A stretch of 64,000 nt of DNA from Dehalococcoidia bacterium (GCA_034428415.1 DAOUHS010000149.1:8990-72989); one strand, 5' to 3'. Shown: positions 10,158 through 20,273, counted from the first letter of the stretch. The notes: generated by a model not told the origin, from the sequence alone. Numbers and translations: made by a program.

Positions 10158-12002
10158 ATGGCAGACGACGGGTTGGACGCCGAAGCAGCCCTCGAGGCGG
10201 ACGAGACCGGTGCCGTTGGGGTCGCTGGGCGAGACGACGTTGATGATGCGGAATGGTTGCGGCGTATGCGCCATTCGGCCGCTCACGTGCTCGCCCAGGT
10301 GGTGCTGCAGATGTTCCCCGACGGCAAAATCGCGATCGGCCCGCCGATCGAAACGGGTTTCTACTACGATTTCGACCTGCCTCGTCCCCTAACACCTGAA
10401 GATCTGTCCGAGATTCAAAAGCGCATGCGCAAGGAGATGCGCCGTAACCATCGCTTCATCTGGGACGAGATTCCCGTCGAAGCAGCGCGGCAACGCTTCC
10501 AGAAACAGCCGTTCAAGCAGGAATTGATCGATCAGTTCTCGGTCGATTCAGACCAAGTCGGAATCTGCACGCACGCCGAGTTCACCGACCTCTGTCGCGG
10601 AGGACACGTGGAGTCGACCCGACAGATCGGACCGTTCCGCCTAACGAATGTCGCCGGTGCATACTGGCGCGGCGACGAGAATCGGCCTCAGCTTCAGCGG
10701 GTCTACGGAGCCTTGTTCGCTACGAGGGAAGAGCTCGACGGGCACTTCGCACGGATCGAGGAGGCGCAGCGCCGCGACCATCGTCGCTTGGGCCGCGATC
10801 TCGAGCTATTCACCTTCTCCGAAGAGATTGGCGCGGGTATCCCGCTCCTGCTGCCCAACGGGGCGATCATCCGGCAGGAGATGGAGCGCTTCATTCGAGA
10901 GCTCCAGGATGCGCGCGGGTACCACGAAGTCTGGACCGGCCACCTCGCCCGCGGCGAATTGTTCCGTCGCTCCGGGCACCTTGAGAACTACGCCGACGTC
11001 ATGTTTCCCGCAATGCGCGGAGACGACGGGCACAGCAGCGATGAGGCGAGCTACTTCCTCAAGCCGATGAACTGCCCCTCGCACATGACGCTCTACAACA
11101 CGATGTTGCATTCCTATCGTGAGTTGCCGCTCCGCTATGCCGAATACACCACCCTCTATCGCTACGAGAAGTCGGGCCAGCTGTCCGGCTTGACCCGGGT
11201 CCGCTCACTCACGCAGGACGATTGCCACATCTTCGTCGCTCCGGAGCAGATCTCCGCCGAAGTCGCAAGGGTGCTCGAACTGGTGCAAACCCTGTTCCGC
11301 ACCTATGGCATGCCGAACTTCCGCTACGAACTCTCGCTCCCGAGCGAGGCCGGCAAGTATTCCGGCGATCCGGATGTCTGGGTACGCGCAGTGACGGCGC
11401 TGCGCCAGGCGCTCGACGCCGCTGGAGTTGATTATGTGGAGCAAAGCGGCGAAGCCGCGTTTTACGGCCCCAAGGCTGACCTCTTCGTCTCCGATGTGAT
11501 GGGCCGAGAGTGGCAGCTTTCGACCATCCAGATCGACATGATCCAACCCGCTCGGCTCAGCTGTGTCTATGTTGCCGAGGACGGTGAGCGAAAGACCCCG
11601 GTCGTGATCCATCGCGCGATACACGGATCGTTCGAGCGGTTCTTAGGAATCCTAATCGAACACTACGCGGGCGCGTTTCCACTCTGGCTGGCGCCAATAC
11701 AGGCTCGCTGCATTCCGATCGCCGATCGGCACCTGGAATGGGCCCGGGAGGTCGCCGCCGATCTGAGCCAGGTCGGTCTCCGAGTTGATGTCGACGACGG
11801 CAACGAACGAATGCAGGCCAAGATCCGCAATGGCCAGCGGCGCAGGATTCCCTACATGCTGGTCATCGGAGACCGCGAAGTCGAGTCCAAATCGGCGGCG
11901 GTCAGGGTTCGGACCGGAGATGATCTCGGAGCGTTGCCGCTGGAAGAGATTCGCGTGATGTTGTCGGAGCAGTATCGGTCGCGAGCAATCGAGCCGTCCT
12001 GA
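10158..12002 (+). CDS. thrS: Threonyl-tRNA synthetase lacking the N-terminal TGS domain
   Basis: The editing-domain motif RHSAAHVL and GFYYDFDL are present, followed by a class II catalytic core and anticodon-binding domain. Begins with a ~35-aa acidic leader instead of a TGS domain. Confidence 0.9.
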   Translation: MADDGLDAEAALEADETGAVGVAGRDDVDDAEWLRRMRHSAAHVLAQVVLQMFPDGKIAIGPPIETGFYYDFDLPRPLTPEDLSEIQKRMRKEMRRNHRFIWDEIPVEAARQRFQKQPFKQELIDQFSVDSDQVGICTHAEFTDLCRGGHVESTRQIGPFRLTNVAGAYWRGDENRPQLQRVYGALFATREELDGHFARIEEAQRRDHRRLGRDLELFTFSEEIGAGIPLLLPNGAIIRQEMERFIRELQDARGYHEVWTGHLARGELFRRSGHLENYADVMFPAMRGDDGHSSDEASYFLKPMNCPSHMTLYNTMLHSYRELPLRYAEYTTLYRYEKSGQLSGLTRVRSLTQDDCHIFVAPEQISAEVARVLELVQTLFRTYGMPNFRYELSLPSEAGKYSGDPDVWVRAVTALRQALDAAGVDYVEQSGEAAFYGPKADLFVSDVMGREWQLSTIQIDMIQPARLSCVYVAEDGERKTPVVIHRAIHGSFERFLGILIEHYAGAFPLWLAPIQARCIPIADRHLEWAREVAADLSQVGLRVDVDDGNERMQAKIRNGQRRRIPYMLVIGDREVESKSAAVRVRTGDDLGALPLEEIRVMLSEQYRSRAIEPS

Positions 12003-12147
12003 TCCGAGTCGTGAGCTGGATAGTCTCCTCGTGTCCCGACGGGTATGATCCATACGGCCGCTGGTATGGCGGCGTCAGCGGGCGCCGACCGACTCTGGCT
12101 GCAAGGCTCACAAACCAAGCAAGGCTCCCGAACCAAGAGAGCAGGGG

Positions 12148-13710
12148 ATGACGGACTACCAGCGGCCCTTCAAGAAGCTCCTGATCGCCAATCGCGGTGA
12201 AATCGCCGTCCGCGTCATCCGCGGCGCGCGCGACCTTGGCATAGAGACTGTGGCCGTGTTCTCCGATGCCGACCGGCGGGCGAGGCACGTCCGAATGGCC
12301 GACGAATCGGTTCGAATCGGCGGGCCGGCGCCGGCGGACAGCTATCTATCGATCGAAGCGGTCATCAAGGCTGCGAAGGACACCGGGGCGGAGGCGATTC
12401 ATCCCGGCTATGGCTTCCTCTCGGAGAATGCGAGCTTCGCACGCGCCTGCCGCGAGAACGGCATCGCGTTTGTCGGTCCCTCGCCCGAGGCGATTGAGCT
12501 GATGGGTGACAAGATCGAGTCGCGACGGACGATGAAGCAGGCCGGCGTTCCCATCATTCCCGGCGCGATCGACCCGCTTACGGACCCGTCCGCAGCGCGC
12601 CATTTGGCCGACGAGCTTGGCTACCCGGTTGTGATTAAGGCGGCCGCCGGCGGAGGCGGACGCGGCATTCGAATCGTCGAATCCCCGGACGAGATCGACC
12701 GGGCGGTTGGGCAGGCGCAAGAAGAAGCGATCACGGCGTTCGGCGACGGAGCGGTCTTTGTCGAGAAGCTCCTGCGACCCGCGCGTCATATCGAAATCCA
12801 GATCGTGGCCGACACTCGCGGCAACATCGTCTGTCTAGGCGAGCGCGACTGTTCGGCCCAGCGGCGCAGGCAAAAGCTGGTCGAGGAGTCACCAGCCCCC
12901 GGTATGTCGCCGCAGCTGCGGGCGCGCATGGAAGAGGCAGCGACCAACGCCGCACGAGCCTGCGACTATACCTCGACCGGCACGGTCGAGTTCCTGGTCT
13001 GGGATGACCCCGACGCTCCCGACGGGCGGAACTTCGCCTTCCTGGAGATGAACACTCGTCTGCAGGTTGAACATCCGGTGACCGAGTTAGTCAGAGGCGT
13101 CGACCTCGTACAGGACCAGCTCAGGATCGCCGGCGGATTTCCGCTTGGCTACACGGCCGCCGAACGTCCGATTCGCGGCTGGGCGATGGAATGCCGAATC
13201 ACGGCCGAAGACCCGTACAACGGCTTTTCTCCGTCGGTTGGACCGATCGCCTGGTTCCGCGAGGCCGATGGGCCAGGTGTCCGGCTGGACTCGATGCTGG
13301 CTCGCGGAGTCGGAGTCAGCCCATACTACGACTCGCTGATCGGCAAGTTGATCACGTGGGGCGAGACCCGTGATCAGTGCATCCGCCGGATGAAACGGGC
13401 CTTGGGTGAATACCTGGTAATCGGCGTGAGCACATCGATTCCGTTCCATCAAGCGCTGATGGACAACGATCGCTTCCGCGACGGAGAGATTCACACACTG
13501 TACGTCGAAGAAAACGAGATCCTCGATCCGGCCGCCCGCCCGGCCCATACTGTGGAGGCGGCGCTGGCCGCGGCGCTGTTCTTCCACACGCAGGGCGAGC
13601 GGGCCGATCTGGAACGTAACGGGCCGCAGCCACGCAGGCGCGCCTGGGCTCAGTCCGCGCGCGGTCGACGATTTCCCGTGGAGCAGGGATGGCGAAGAAC
13701 TACCGGCTAA
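12148..13710 (+). CDS. accC: Biotin carboxylase subunit of acetyl/acyl-CoA carboxylase
   Basis: KLLIANRGEIAVRVIR and an ATP-grasp domain; 520 aa with a C-terminal extension and no fused BCCP. Confidence 0.9.
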   Translation: MTDYQRPFKKLLIANRGEIAVRVIRGARDLGIETVAVFSDADRRARHVRMADESVRIGGPAPADSYLSIEAVIKAAKDTGAEAIHPGYGFLSENASFARACRENGIAFVGPSPEAIELMGDKIESRRTMKQAGVPIIPGAIDPLTDPSAARHLADELGYPVVIKAAAGGGGRGIRIVESPDEIDRAVGQAQEEAITAFGDGAVFVEKLLRPARHIEIQIVADTRGNIVCLGERDCSAQRRRQKLVEESPAPGMSPQLRARMEEAATNAARACDYTSTGTVEFLVWDDPDAPDGRNFAFLEMNTRLQVEHPVTELVRGVDLVQDQLRIAGGFPLGYTAAERPIRGWAMECRITAEDPYNGFSPSVGPIAWFREADGPGVRLDSMLARGVGVSPYYDSLIGKLITWGETRDQCIRRMKRALGEYLVIGVSTSIPFHQALMDNDRFRDGEIHTLYVEENEILDPAARPAHTVEAALAAALFFHTQGERADLERNGPQPRRRAWAQSARGRRFPVEQGWRRTTG

Positions 13711-14204
13711 TCGTGCAGGGCGGGCTGCAGGAAGTTGCCATCGATGACGACGGCAACGGAACCTACCTCGCCGATTTCGGCGGCGAGAGATACTCGCTCG
13801 AGCTGGAATCGCTCGACGACAGCACCCTCTTCCGACTCTGGATTGACGGAGAGAGCACGCCGTTGGCAATCCGGCGTGACGGCATGACGCTTGAGTTGTT
13901 CATCGGCCCCGACCGTTACTCCGCCGAGATTGAGCGCAGCGCCGGCGTGCTCAGTCAGTCCGGGCCGGCGATTGAAGGCGAAGTGCGGCTGACCGCACCG
14001 ATGACGGGGCAGGTCACCGAAGTTTTGGTCGCCCCGGGCGATCAGGTCGATGAGGGCGATCCGTTGCTCGTCATCGTGGCAATGAAGATGAACAACGAGA
14101 TTCGCTCGCCCGCGGCTGGGACGATCTTGGAAGTTGACGTAGAAGCGGGTGATGCGGTCGATCAAGGCGATCTGATGCTGGTAATCGACACTGAATCGAC
14201 CTGA
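13689..14204 (+). CDS. accB: Biotin carboxyl carrier protein (lipoyl/biotinyl domain)
   Basis: AMKM biotinylation motif in a C-terminal biotinyl domain; overlaps the accC 3' end. Confidence 0.85.
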   Translation: MAKNYRLIVQGGLQEVAIDDDGNGTYLADFGGERYSLELESLDDSTLFRLWIDGESTPLAIRRDGMTLELFIGPDRYSAEIERSAGVLSQSGPAIEGEVRLTAPMTGQVTEVLVAPGDQVDEGDPLLVIVAMKMNNEIRSPAAGTILEVDVEAGDAVDQGDLMLVIDTEST

Positions 14205-14303
14205 AAGAGCGGAATCAGCCGCCTGCTGTTTGAAACCGCGCGTTGACAGACGTAGCATTTGCCTCAACGGAGCTAATCACGGACCGGCTCGCAGTCAAGG
14301 AGA

Positions 14304-14939
14304 ATTGCCCTGGCAGTCAAAGACCAACGAGAGCAAAAGGAGCAGCGCGTCAACGAAGCGATCCGCATTCGAGAAGTGCGCGTGATCGGTGCCGAAGGCG
14401 AACAGCTGGGCATCATGCCCACCGTGCAGGCGCTCGATCTCGCCCGGGCTCAGGGCTTGGACCTGGTTGAGGTTGCGCCCAGCGCGCGCCCGCCGGTCGC
14501 CAAGATGATGGACTACGGTCGCTTCAAGTACGAACAGTCGAAGCGAGAACGCGAAGGTCGCCGACGTCAGAAGGGATCCGCGCTGCATCAGATCAAGATG
14601 CGCCCGAACATCGGCAGACACGACATGGAAGCCAAGGGGCGAACTGCAGCTCGGCTGTTGCGTAATGGCGACAAGGTCAAAATCTCCATCACATTCCGCG
14701 GTCGAGAGATTACGCACCGGGACATCGGGCAAGAACGGATTCAGGAAATGCTCGACACGCTCGAGCATTACGAGGTTCCGACGATCATTGAGAAACCGAT
14801 CTCGACCGAGGGTCGGTTCATGTCCGTGATCGTCGCAGAGGACAAGGTCAAGGCCAAGGCGATTGCAGACGCGAAGGCAGCAGCAGAGTCCGAGCAGGAC
14901 GACGGACAAGCCGAGGCGGCCAGCCAAGCGGCGAGCTAG
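14304..14939 (+). CDS. infC: Translation initiation factor IF-3. The probable true start is the AUU codon at 14304; the ORF track begins at an internal GTG at 14376
   Basis: Homology to IF3 extends upstream of 14376 (QRVNEAIRIREVRVIG aligns with E. coli INGEIRAQEVRLTG). The in-frame ATT at 14304 follows AAGGAG at 14296-14301. An AUU start is the conserved autoregulatory feature of infC. Confidence 0.8.
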   Translation: MALAVKDQREQKEQRVNEAIRIREVRVIGAEGEQLGIMPTVQALDLARAQGLDLVEVAPSARPPVAKMMDYGRFKYEQSKREREGRRRQKGSALHQIKMRPNIGRHDMEAKGRTAARLLRNGDKVKISITFRGREITHRDIGQERIQEMLDTLEHYEVPTIIEKPISTEGRFMSVIVAEDKVKAKAIADAKAAAESEQDDGQAEAASQAAS

Positions 14940-14998
14940 TCGACAGGCACACACGGGGCCAACCGTTATCACGTTCGCCATCAATCGCTGCAACCGTT

Positions 14999-15118
14999 GA
15001 CCGTCTGATCCTCTAGCTCTTTTGTGTCTGGTCTGATTGGACTGTGTACGATTTGCTCCTAAGCTGAGTAAACGCGCAACTGCGTCGTCGACTATGAGCG
15101 GCTGTGCTGGAGACGGTC
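14999..15118 (+). promoter_or_regulatory. Structured rpmI-rplT leader: GACCGTCT (14999-15006) can pair with AGACGGTC (15111-15118), enclosing ~100 nt and overlapping the rpmI SD; duplicated CAACCGTT (14960, 14991) upstream
   Basis: Complementarity read from the sequence. By analogy to L20-mediated autoregulation of rpmI-rplT leaders. Confidence 0.3.
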
Positions 15119-15122
15119 ACCG

Positions 15123-15329
15123 ATGCCGAAGATGAAGACCCACAAGGGTGCGGCCAAACGATTTCGCATTACACGAACCGGCAAGGTGCTGCGAATGAAG
15201 GGCTACCGCGGCCACAACAAGCAGAAGAAACACAAACGCACCTTGCGGGCGCAAAGCCGGATGCACCAAGTCAAGCGCTCCGGCGACCAGAAGCGGGTCA
15301 AGCGTCTGCTGCCCTACGGCTCGCCCTAG
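15123..15329 (+). CDS. rpmI: 50S ribosomal protein L35
   Basis: [22 protein letters not shown] is near-identical to the L35 consensus. Confidence 0.95.
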   Translation: MPKMKTHKGAAKRFRITRTGKVLRMKGYRGHNKQKKHKRTLRAQSRMHQVKRSGDQKRVKRLLPYGSP

Positions 15330-15368
15330 CGACCCTCCGCAGAACACTGCAGAACAGGATCCCAACTC

Positions 15369-15719
15369 ATGCCACGAGTCAAGGGCGGCCCGCGAGAACG
15401 CCGCCGGCACAAGAAAGTCCTCAAGCAGACCAAGGGGCATCACGGCGTACGGCATCGCCTCTACCGACGTGCCTCCGAGTCCCGTCTGCACGCGCTCTCC
15501 TACGCCTACGCACACCGCCGTGAACGCAAGGGAGATATGCGCCGGCTCTGGATTCAGCGAATCAATGCTGCTGCCAGACTGAATGGCACGACATACAGCC
15601 GCCTGATCCACGCGCTCAAGCAAACAGGGATCGTGATTGACCGCAAGGTCCTGGCCGAAATGGCCCTGCATGACCCGGAAGGGTTTAGCGCCGTTGTCAA
15701 GCAGGCCAACGCCGGCTAA
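15369..15719 (+). CDS. rplT: 50S ribosomal protein L20
   Basis: MPRVKGG...RRHKKVLK...GIVIDRKVLAEMA matches L20; completes the infC-rpmI-rplT operon. Confidence 0.95.
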   Translation: MPRVKGGPRERRRHKKVLKQTKGHHGVRHRLYRRASESRLHALSYAYAHRRERKGDMRRLWIQRINAAARLNGTTYSRLIHALKQTGIVIDRKVLAEMALHDPEGFSAVVKQANAG

Positions 15720-15801
15720 CCATCCTCCGAAGTCAAGAAACGGAAGCGCCCGGCGCCGTTCAGAGGCTGCCGGGCGTTGATTTGCCCTGAGACTGCGTCG
15801 C

Positions 15802-16317
15802 TCAGGACCCCGTTGACAGCGCCGGTGTCTCGCTGACGTCGAACACCAGATCGGTCGCATCGGCGTCTGGCAGGTGGTCGACCAGCCAGTCGGCGACATC
15901 GTGCTCCTTCAGCCAAGGCAGAATATCCGTCAAAGCAAGGAACTCGCGCATGTGCAAGGCATTCTTGATCACGTCGAATTCGATCTCGCGGTTTCGCTCA
16001 CGCCACTCTTCAGGCAGGTCGATGTGAGCGTCGGCAAACGCCCGGGCAGCGACGCGGGCATCCTCGACACTGAGCTGCAAGAAGGCGCGCAGTCGCCTGA
16101 CGACCAGCTCGTGCGCCACGTGCCAGGGTGCGCCACCCTCACGTCGAGCCATCGCGCGCATCACGCGTCGCAACTCGATAGGGGGCAACGTGGTCGCGTC
16201 GTAGAGGGTTGCGGCAAGCTCGATGTGATTGCTCGCATCATTGAGACGATGCCTCAGATCATCGAGGTCAAAGGCGCTCCCATAGTGTTCGGAGAGGTTC
16301 GGATGCACATAGGTCAT
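15802..16317 (-). CDS. Hypothetical 171-aa protein
   Basis: ORF convergent with rplT; no recognisable motif. Confidence 0.4.
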   Translation of the reverse strand: MTYVHPNLSEHYGSAFDLDDLRHRLNDASNHIELAATLYDATTLPPIELRRVMRAMARREGGAPWHVAHELVVRRLRAFLQLSVEDARVAARAFADAHIDLPEEWRERNREIEFDVIKNALHMREFLALTDILPWLKEHDVADWLVDHLPDADATDLVFDVSETPALSTGS

Positions 16318-16359
16318 GATCGGGGTCCTTCCGTGGCCATCGTCTTCAGATGCAATTCT

Positions 16360-16382
16360 GGCACTCTCTCAAGGAGAGTGCC
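16360..16382. terminator. Perfect 9-bp hairpin GGCACTCTC-TCAAG-GAGAGTGCC in the gap downstream of pheT; possible bidirectional terminator
   Basis: Sequence-level inverted repeat; no clear U-tract on either strand, as is common in high-GC genomes. Confidence 0.3.
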
Positions 16383-16456
16383 AACTCCATGAGGGCGATC
16401 TGGACGTCGACCGCAAAGCAGGACACAGAAGGAGGATTCCTGAAAGGACGGGCACC

Positions 16457-18868
16457 TTAGGAATCTCGCAGCGTCGCCTTGAACTGGGACTCCAGACGTC
16501 GCACGATTCCTCTTCGCGCCTTCTCCACGTCGCCCTCGGTCAGCGTTCGATCGGGCGACCGATAGAAGATGCGAAAGGCCAGCGACTTCTTTCCCGATGG
16601 AATCTGATCGCCCTCGTAGATATCGAATAGTTCGACCGCCTCAACCAGTCCGTTAGCTCGGATGGCCGAAACGAGTTCACCAGCCGTCGTCTGCTCCTCA
16701 ACAATCAACGCCAAGTCCTCAACGGCGGCGGGATAGACCGACGGCGAAGGAACTGGCTCTGATTCCCCCACCAAGGGAGCGAGTGCCGCAATCGATAGTT
16801 CAAGCGCAAAGACATCGCCTTCAATCCCGAACTGCCAGGCAAGGCTCGGTGCGACCTTGCCGAGCACTCCTACTGGCCGACCGCGCACAGAGACTTGAGC
16901 GGACTCCCCGCTGACAAGCGCGGCGTCATCAACGCCAGCCTCGAGGCTAAGATCGATTTTGAGCCCCGCTCCGAGTTGCTCGAGCACGCCTTTGCCGTCA
17001 TAGAAGTCGAGGGGCCTGGCCGCCTCGCCGTGCACGGACGCCAACACCTCGCCGCCGAGCAACGCGAGGACCATCCGCTCTTCGGCCGGTTGGCGACCAG
17101 CTCGATGCTTGAACGTCTTGCCGACCTCATAGATGCCGAGTCCACCTCGAGCTTCGCGCTGATTGGAAGCGAAGGTCTCAAAGCCGCGCGGCCGAAGGCT
17201 TGTCCGCAGGCGATCCTGTGCTGCATTCATCGGATTCTGAAGCCTGACCGATGATCGGCCTGCGTCCGACTCAGCCGCGGTTGCGGCCACCTCCGACTCC
17301 CCGACCGACACGTACGTGATGATCTCGCGTAGTCCGAGACCTGTCAGGAGATCGCGTATTCGCTCGCCCCGCTCACGCTCAGGATCAATGTCCGGTTCGG
17401 GCACAGCGCCAGGTAGGGATTCCGAAGGCAAGTTGTCGTATCCGAGAATCCGCCCGATCTCCTCGACCACGTCGTCCGGGACATTGATGTCCGAGCGCCA
17501 GGGCGGGCAACTGACCGCATACCGATCCGGCGGCAGCCAGCGGTTTGGGATATCCAGAGCCGAAAGGATGCCTCGCACCTCTTCGACGCTCGGCTGGACC
17601 GAGAGGATCTGCTCGATCCGGCGCTGAGTGACGATTACTTGTGAAGGGTGCGCCTTACCTGGATAGGTATCGACCATTCCCGAGTATGCAGTTCCACCCG
17701 CGGTCTCGATGATCAACGCAGCCGCCCGTCGGGCGGCGAGTTCGGCCAATTCTGGGTTGAGCGACTTCTCGAATCTGCGGCTCGCCTCGGTGCCGCTTTC
17801 GGTGTGCCGGGCTCGGCTGCGGCGGATCGACGACTCCTGGAAGTTTGCGGTCTCCAGCAGGACGGACGTGGTGGCGTCCGAGATCTCCGAATCAGTGCCG
17901 CCCATGATGCCCGCCAACGCGACGGCTCGATCCGCATCGGCGACAACCAAATCGTCCGTCTCCAACTTCAGCTCGGAGCCGTCCAGCAGTTTAATCCGCT
18001 CTCCTGGGCGTGCACGGCGCACGACAATCCGACTCTCGCCAAGAATCTCATAGTCGAATGCGTGTAGCGGTTGTCCCCACTCCAACATGACATAGTTGGT
18101 CACGTCGACGATGTTGTTAATCGGCCGCATGCCAGCCGAGGCGAGCGACGCTTGCATCCACTCCGGCGACGGCCCAACGGCCACGCCGTCGATCACGATC
18201 GCGGTATACCGAGGGCAGCCCTCGGCGTCTTCAATCTCGACGCTGGTCCGATTTTCGGCCGGGACATCAGATTCCGGGTATGCGGCCGACGGCTCGCGAA
18301 CGCCGCCGCCCGTCAATGCGGCGACCTCGCGAGCAATGCCAAGAATCGAGAAGTGGTCTGGCCGATTCGGCGTCGGCTTGATGTCAAGCACGACGTCGCC
18401 CAGCACATCGGCAAGCGGCGTGCCCAGCGCAGCGTTCGTATCGAGTACGAGGATGCCCTCGTGCTCGTCTGACAGTCCAAGCTCACGTTCAGAGCAGACC
18501 ATCCCCAGCGAGGTCACGCCGCGGATCTTGCCCTTTCGCAATCGACGCGGTTCCCGGCTATTCGGATCGATCAAATGCGCGCCGACCTGCGCGAACGCGA
18601 TGGTCTGGCCATGAGCCAGGTTGGGCGCTCCGCAGACGACCTGCAGCGGTTCGTCGGCGCCAAACTCTACCGTGGCCAGACGCAGCCGGTCGGCATTGGG
18701 ATGCTGGTCAACCGCAACGACCCGTCCGATGACGACGTGTTCCCATTCGCCGCCGCTGCGCTTGATCGCCTCGACTTCGGCTCCGGCCATGCTGAGACGA
18801 TGCGCCAGTTCCTCCACCGACATGTCCCAATCGATGTACTGCGCCAGCCACTTGAGCGGAACGTCCAT
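16457..18868 (-). CDS. pheT: Phenylalanyl-tRNA synthetase beta subunit
   Basis: 803 aa with the N-terminal tRNA-binding fold, B3/B4 and B5 domains and a C-terminal FDX-ACB domain; directly downstream of pheS. Confidence 0.95.
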   Translation of the reverse strand: MDVPLKWLAQYIDWDMSVEELAHRLSMAGAEVEAIKRSGGEWEHVVIGRVVAVDQHPNADRLRLATVEFGADEPLQVVCGAPNLAHGQTIAFAQVGAHLIDPNSREPRRLRKGKIRGVTSLGMVCSERELGLSDEHEGILVLDTNAALGTPLADVLGDVVLDIKPTPNRPDHFSILGIAREVAALTGGGVREPSAAYPESDVPAENRTSVEIEDAEGCPRYTAIVIDGVAVGPSPEWMQASLASAGMRPINNIVDVTNYVMLEWGQPLHAFDYEILGESRIVVRRARPGERIKLLDGSELKLETDDLVVADADRAVALAGIMGGTDSEISDATTSVLLETANFQESSIRRSRARHTESGTEASRRFEKSLNPELAELAARRAAALIIETAGGTAYSGMVDTYPGKAHPSQVIVTQRRIEQILSVQPSVEEVRGILSALDIPNRWLPPDRYAVSCPPWRSDINVPDDVVEEIGRILGYDNLPSESLPGAVPEPDIDPERERGERIRDLLTGLGLREIITYVSVGESEVAATAAESDAGRSSVRLQNPMNAAQDRLRTSLRPRGFETFASNQREARGGLGIYEVGKTFKHRAGRQPAEERMVLALLGGEVLASVHGEAARPLDFYDGKGVLEQLGAGLKIDLSLEAGVDDAALVSGESAQVSVRGRPVGVLGKVAPSLAWQFGIEGDVFALELSIAALAPLVGESEPVPSPSVYPAAVEDLALIVEEQTTAGELVSAIRANGLVEAVELFDIYEGDQIPSGKKSLAFRIFYRSPDRTLTEGDVEKARRGIVRRLESQFKATLRDS

Positions 18869-19866
18869 CAGCCACGCCCCTCAAACTGGCGCAGGAAGCG
18901 AACGTCATTGCGGTAGAAGTGGCGGATGTCGCGGACGCCGTAGCGCAGCATCGCGACGCGCTCGACGCCCATGCCGAAGGCGAATCCGGTGTATTGCTCG
19001 GAATCGAGACCGGCATCTTCGATGATCTGAGGATGGACCATCCCGCAGCCGAGGACCTCAAGCCAATCACCGTGCCAGCGGACGCCCAGCTCGGCGCCGG
19101 GCTCGACGAAGGGGAAATAGTCGCAGCGGAATCGTGTCTCAATGTCGGAGCCGAACACGCGCCGGACAAACGCTTCGAGCGTCCCCTTGAGGTGCGCGAA
19201 GGAGAGATCGCGGTCGATCACCAGCCCTTCGATTTGAGTCAGCATCCACTCGTGAGTGGCGTCCGTCGCCTCGTATCGGTAACACGTGCCGGGCACGATC
19301 ACCCGGATTGGCGGCTTGCGACGCTCCAGATAGCGAATCTGCATCGGCGACGTGTGTGTGCGTAACAGTTGACGGGCACCGCCGGAATCATCGTCGGCGA
19401 CCCAGATCGTGTCCCACATGTCACGCGCCGGATGGCCGGCCGGGATTCGTAGCCGGTCGAAGTTGTACTCCTCCAGCTCGACATCCGGTCCTTCGACTAC
19501 GTCGAAACCCATATCCCGAAAAGTCCGCTCCATCATGCGCCGGGTCAAAGTGATCGGATGCAATGAGCCCAGCGGCGGCCGTCGGCCCGGCAACGTGACA
19601 TCGATCCCCTTTCCTTTGTCTGCTGCCTCGAGCAGTTCGGCTCGACGAGCCGACACAGCATCCTCAAGTGCGCCCTTGAGCCGATTCGCGCCCGCACCGA
19701 TGATCGGTCGTTGCTCAGCGGGTAAATCCCTGACCCCGCGCAGCACGACCGTCAAGCGGCCGCGCCGCCCGAGCCATTCCACTCGCCAGGCATCAAGATC
19801 GGCCTCGTCGCCCGCCTCGGCGAGCGACGCCCGAGCCTCTGCCTCCAACGACTCAAGGTCGACCAC
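18868..19866 (-). CDS. pheS: Phenylalanyl-tRNA synthetase alpha subunit
   Basis: Class II aaRS core (FPFVEPGAELGVRW, GFAFGMGVERVAML); start of pheT overlaps the pheS stop. Confidence 0.95.
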   Translation of the reverse strand: MVDLESLEAEARASLAEAGDEADLDAWRVEWLGRRGRLTVVLRGVRDLPAEQRPIIGAGANRLKGALEDAVSARRAELLEAADKGKGIDVTLPGRRPPLGSLHPITLTRRMMERTFRDMGFDVVEGPDVELEEYNFDRLRIPAGHPARDMWDTIWVADDDSGGARQLLRTHTSPMQIRYLERRKPPIRVIVPGTCYRYEATDATHEWMLTQIEGLVIDRDLSFAHLKGTLEAFVRRVFGSDIETRFRCDYFPFVEPGAELGVRWHGDWLEVLGCGMVHPQIIEDAGLDSEQYTGFAFGMGVERVAMLRYGVRDIRHFYRNDVRFLRQFEGRG

Positions 19867-20004
19867 AGCGCCATTCCAGCAGTGAAAACTCAGCCGTACG
19901 CTACGTATCGTACCCGTCTACCTCTTCGAGACAAACGACACTGATAGTAAACTGGTCCCATTCTCACGGTCGCGCGTGCAATCCGAGAGCCTGGAGTTAT
20001 CGAC

Positions 20005-20253
20005 ATGGCGGTAAAGAGCTACATCCTGATCGAAACGGAAGTCGGCACGGCCAAGCAGGTAGCGCTCTCGCTCGGCGAGATCACTCACAGCGAGGGCGAA
20101 ATCAGGACGGTCGAACTGGTAACCGGTCCTTTCGACGTCATCTGTCTGGTCGAAGCGGAGAATCTGGAACGCCTGGGCAGTTGCATAACGGATTCAATTC
20201 AGACCGTTGCCGGTGTCAAGCGCACGACGACCTGTTTGACCATCCAAGTCTGA
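20005..20253 (+). CDS. Stand-alone Lrp/AsnC-type ligand-binding (RAM) domain protein
   Basis: An 82-aa beta-alpha-beta-beta-alpha-beta fold pattern (YILIETEVG...VELVTGPFDVICLVEAENLERL) typical of AsnC C-terminal domains; no DNA-binding domain. Confidence 0.6.
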   Translation: MAVKSYILIETEVGTAKQVALSLGEITHSEGEIRTVELVTGPFDVICLVEAENLERLGSCITDSIQTVAGVKRTTTCLTIQV

Positions 20254-20273
20254 TCTGGAACAGCAGCTTCTTC

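Noticed and set aside
19867-20004. T-box leader upstream of pheST or thrS
   Set aside because: The upstream regions are too short (138 nt for pheS, 70 nt for thrS), and no T-box consensus (AATTAGGGTGGNACCGCG-like) was seen.
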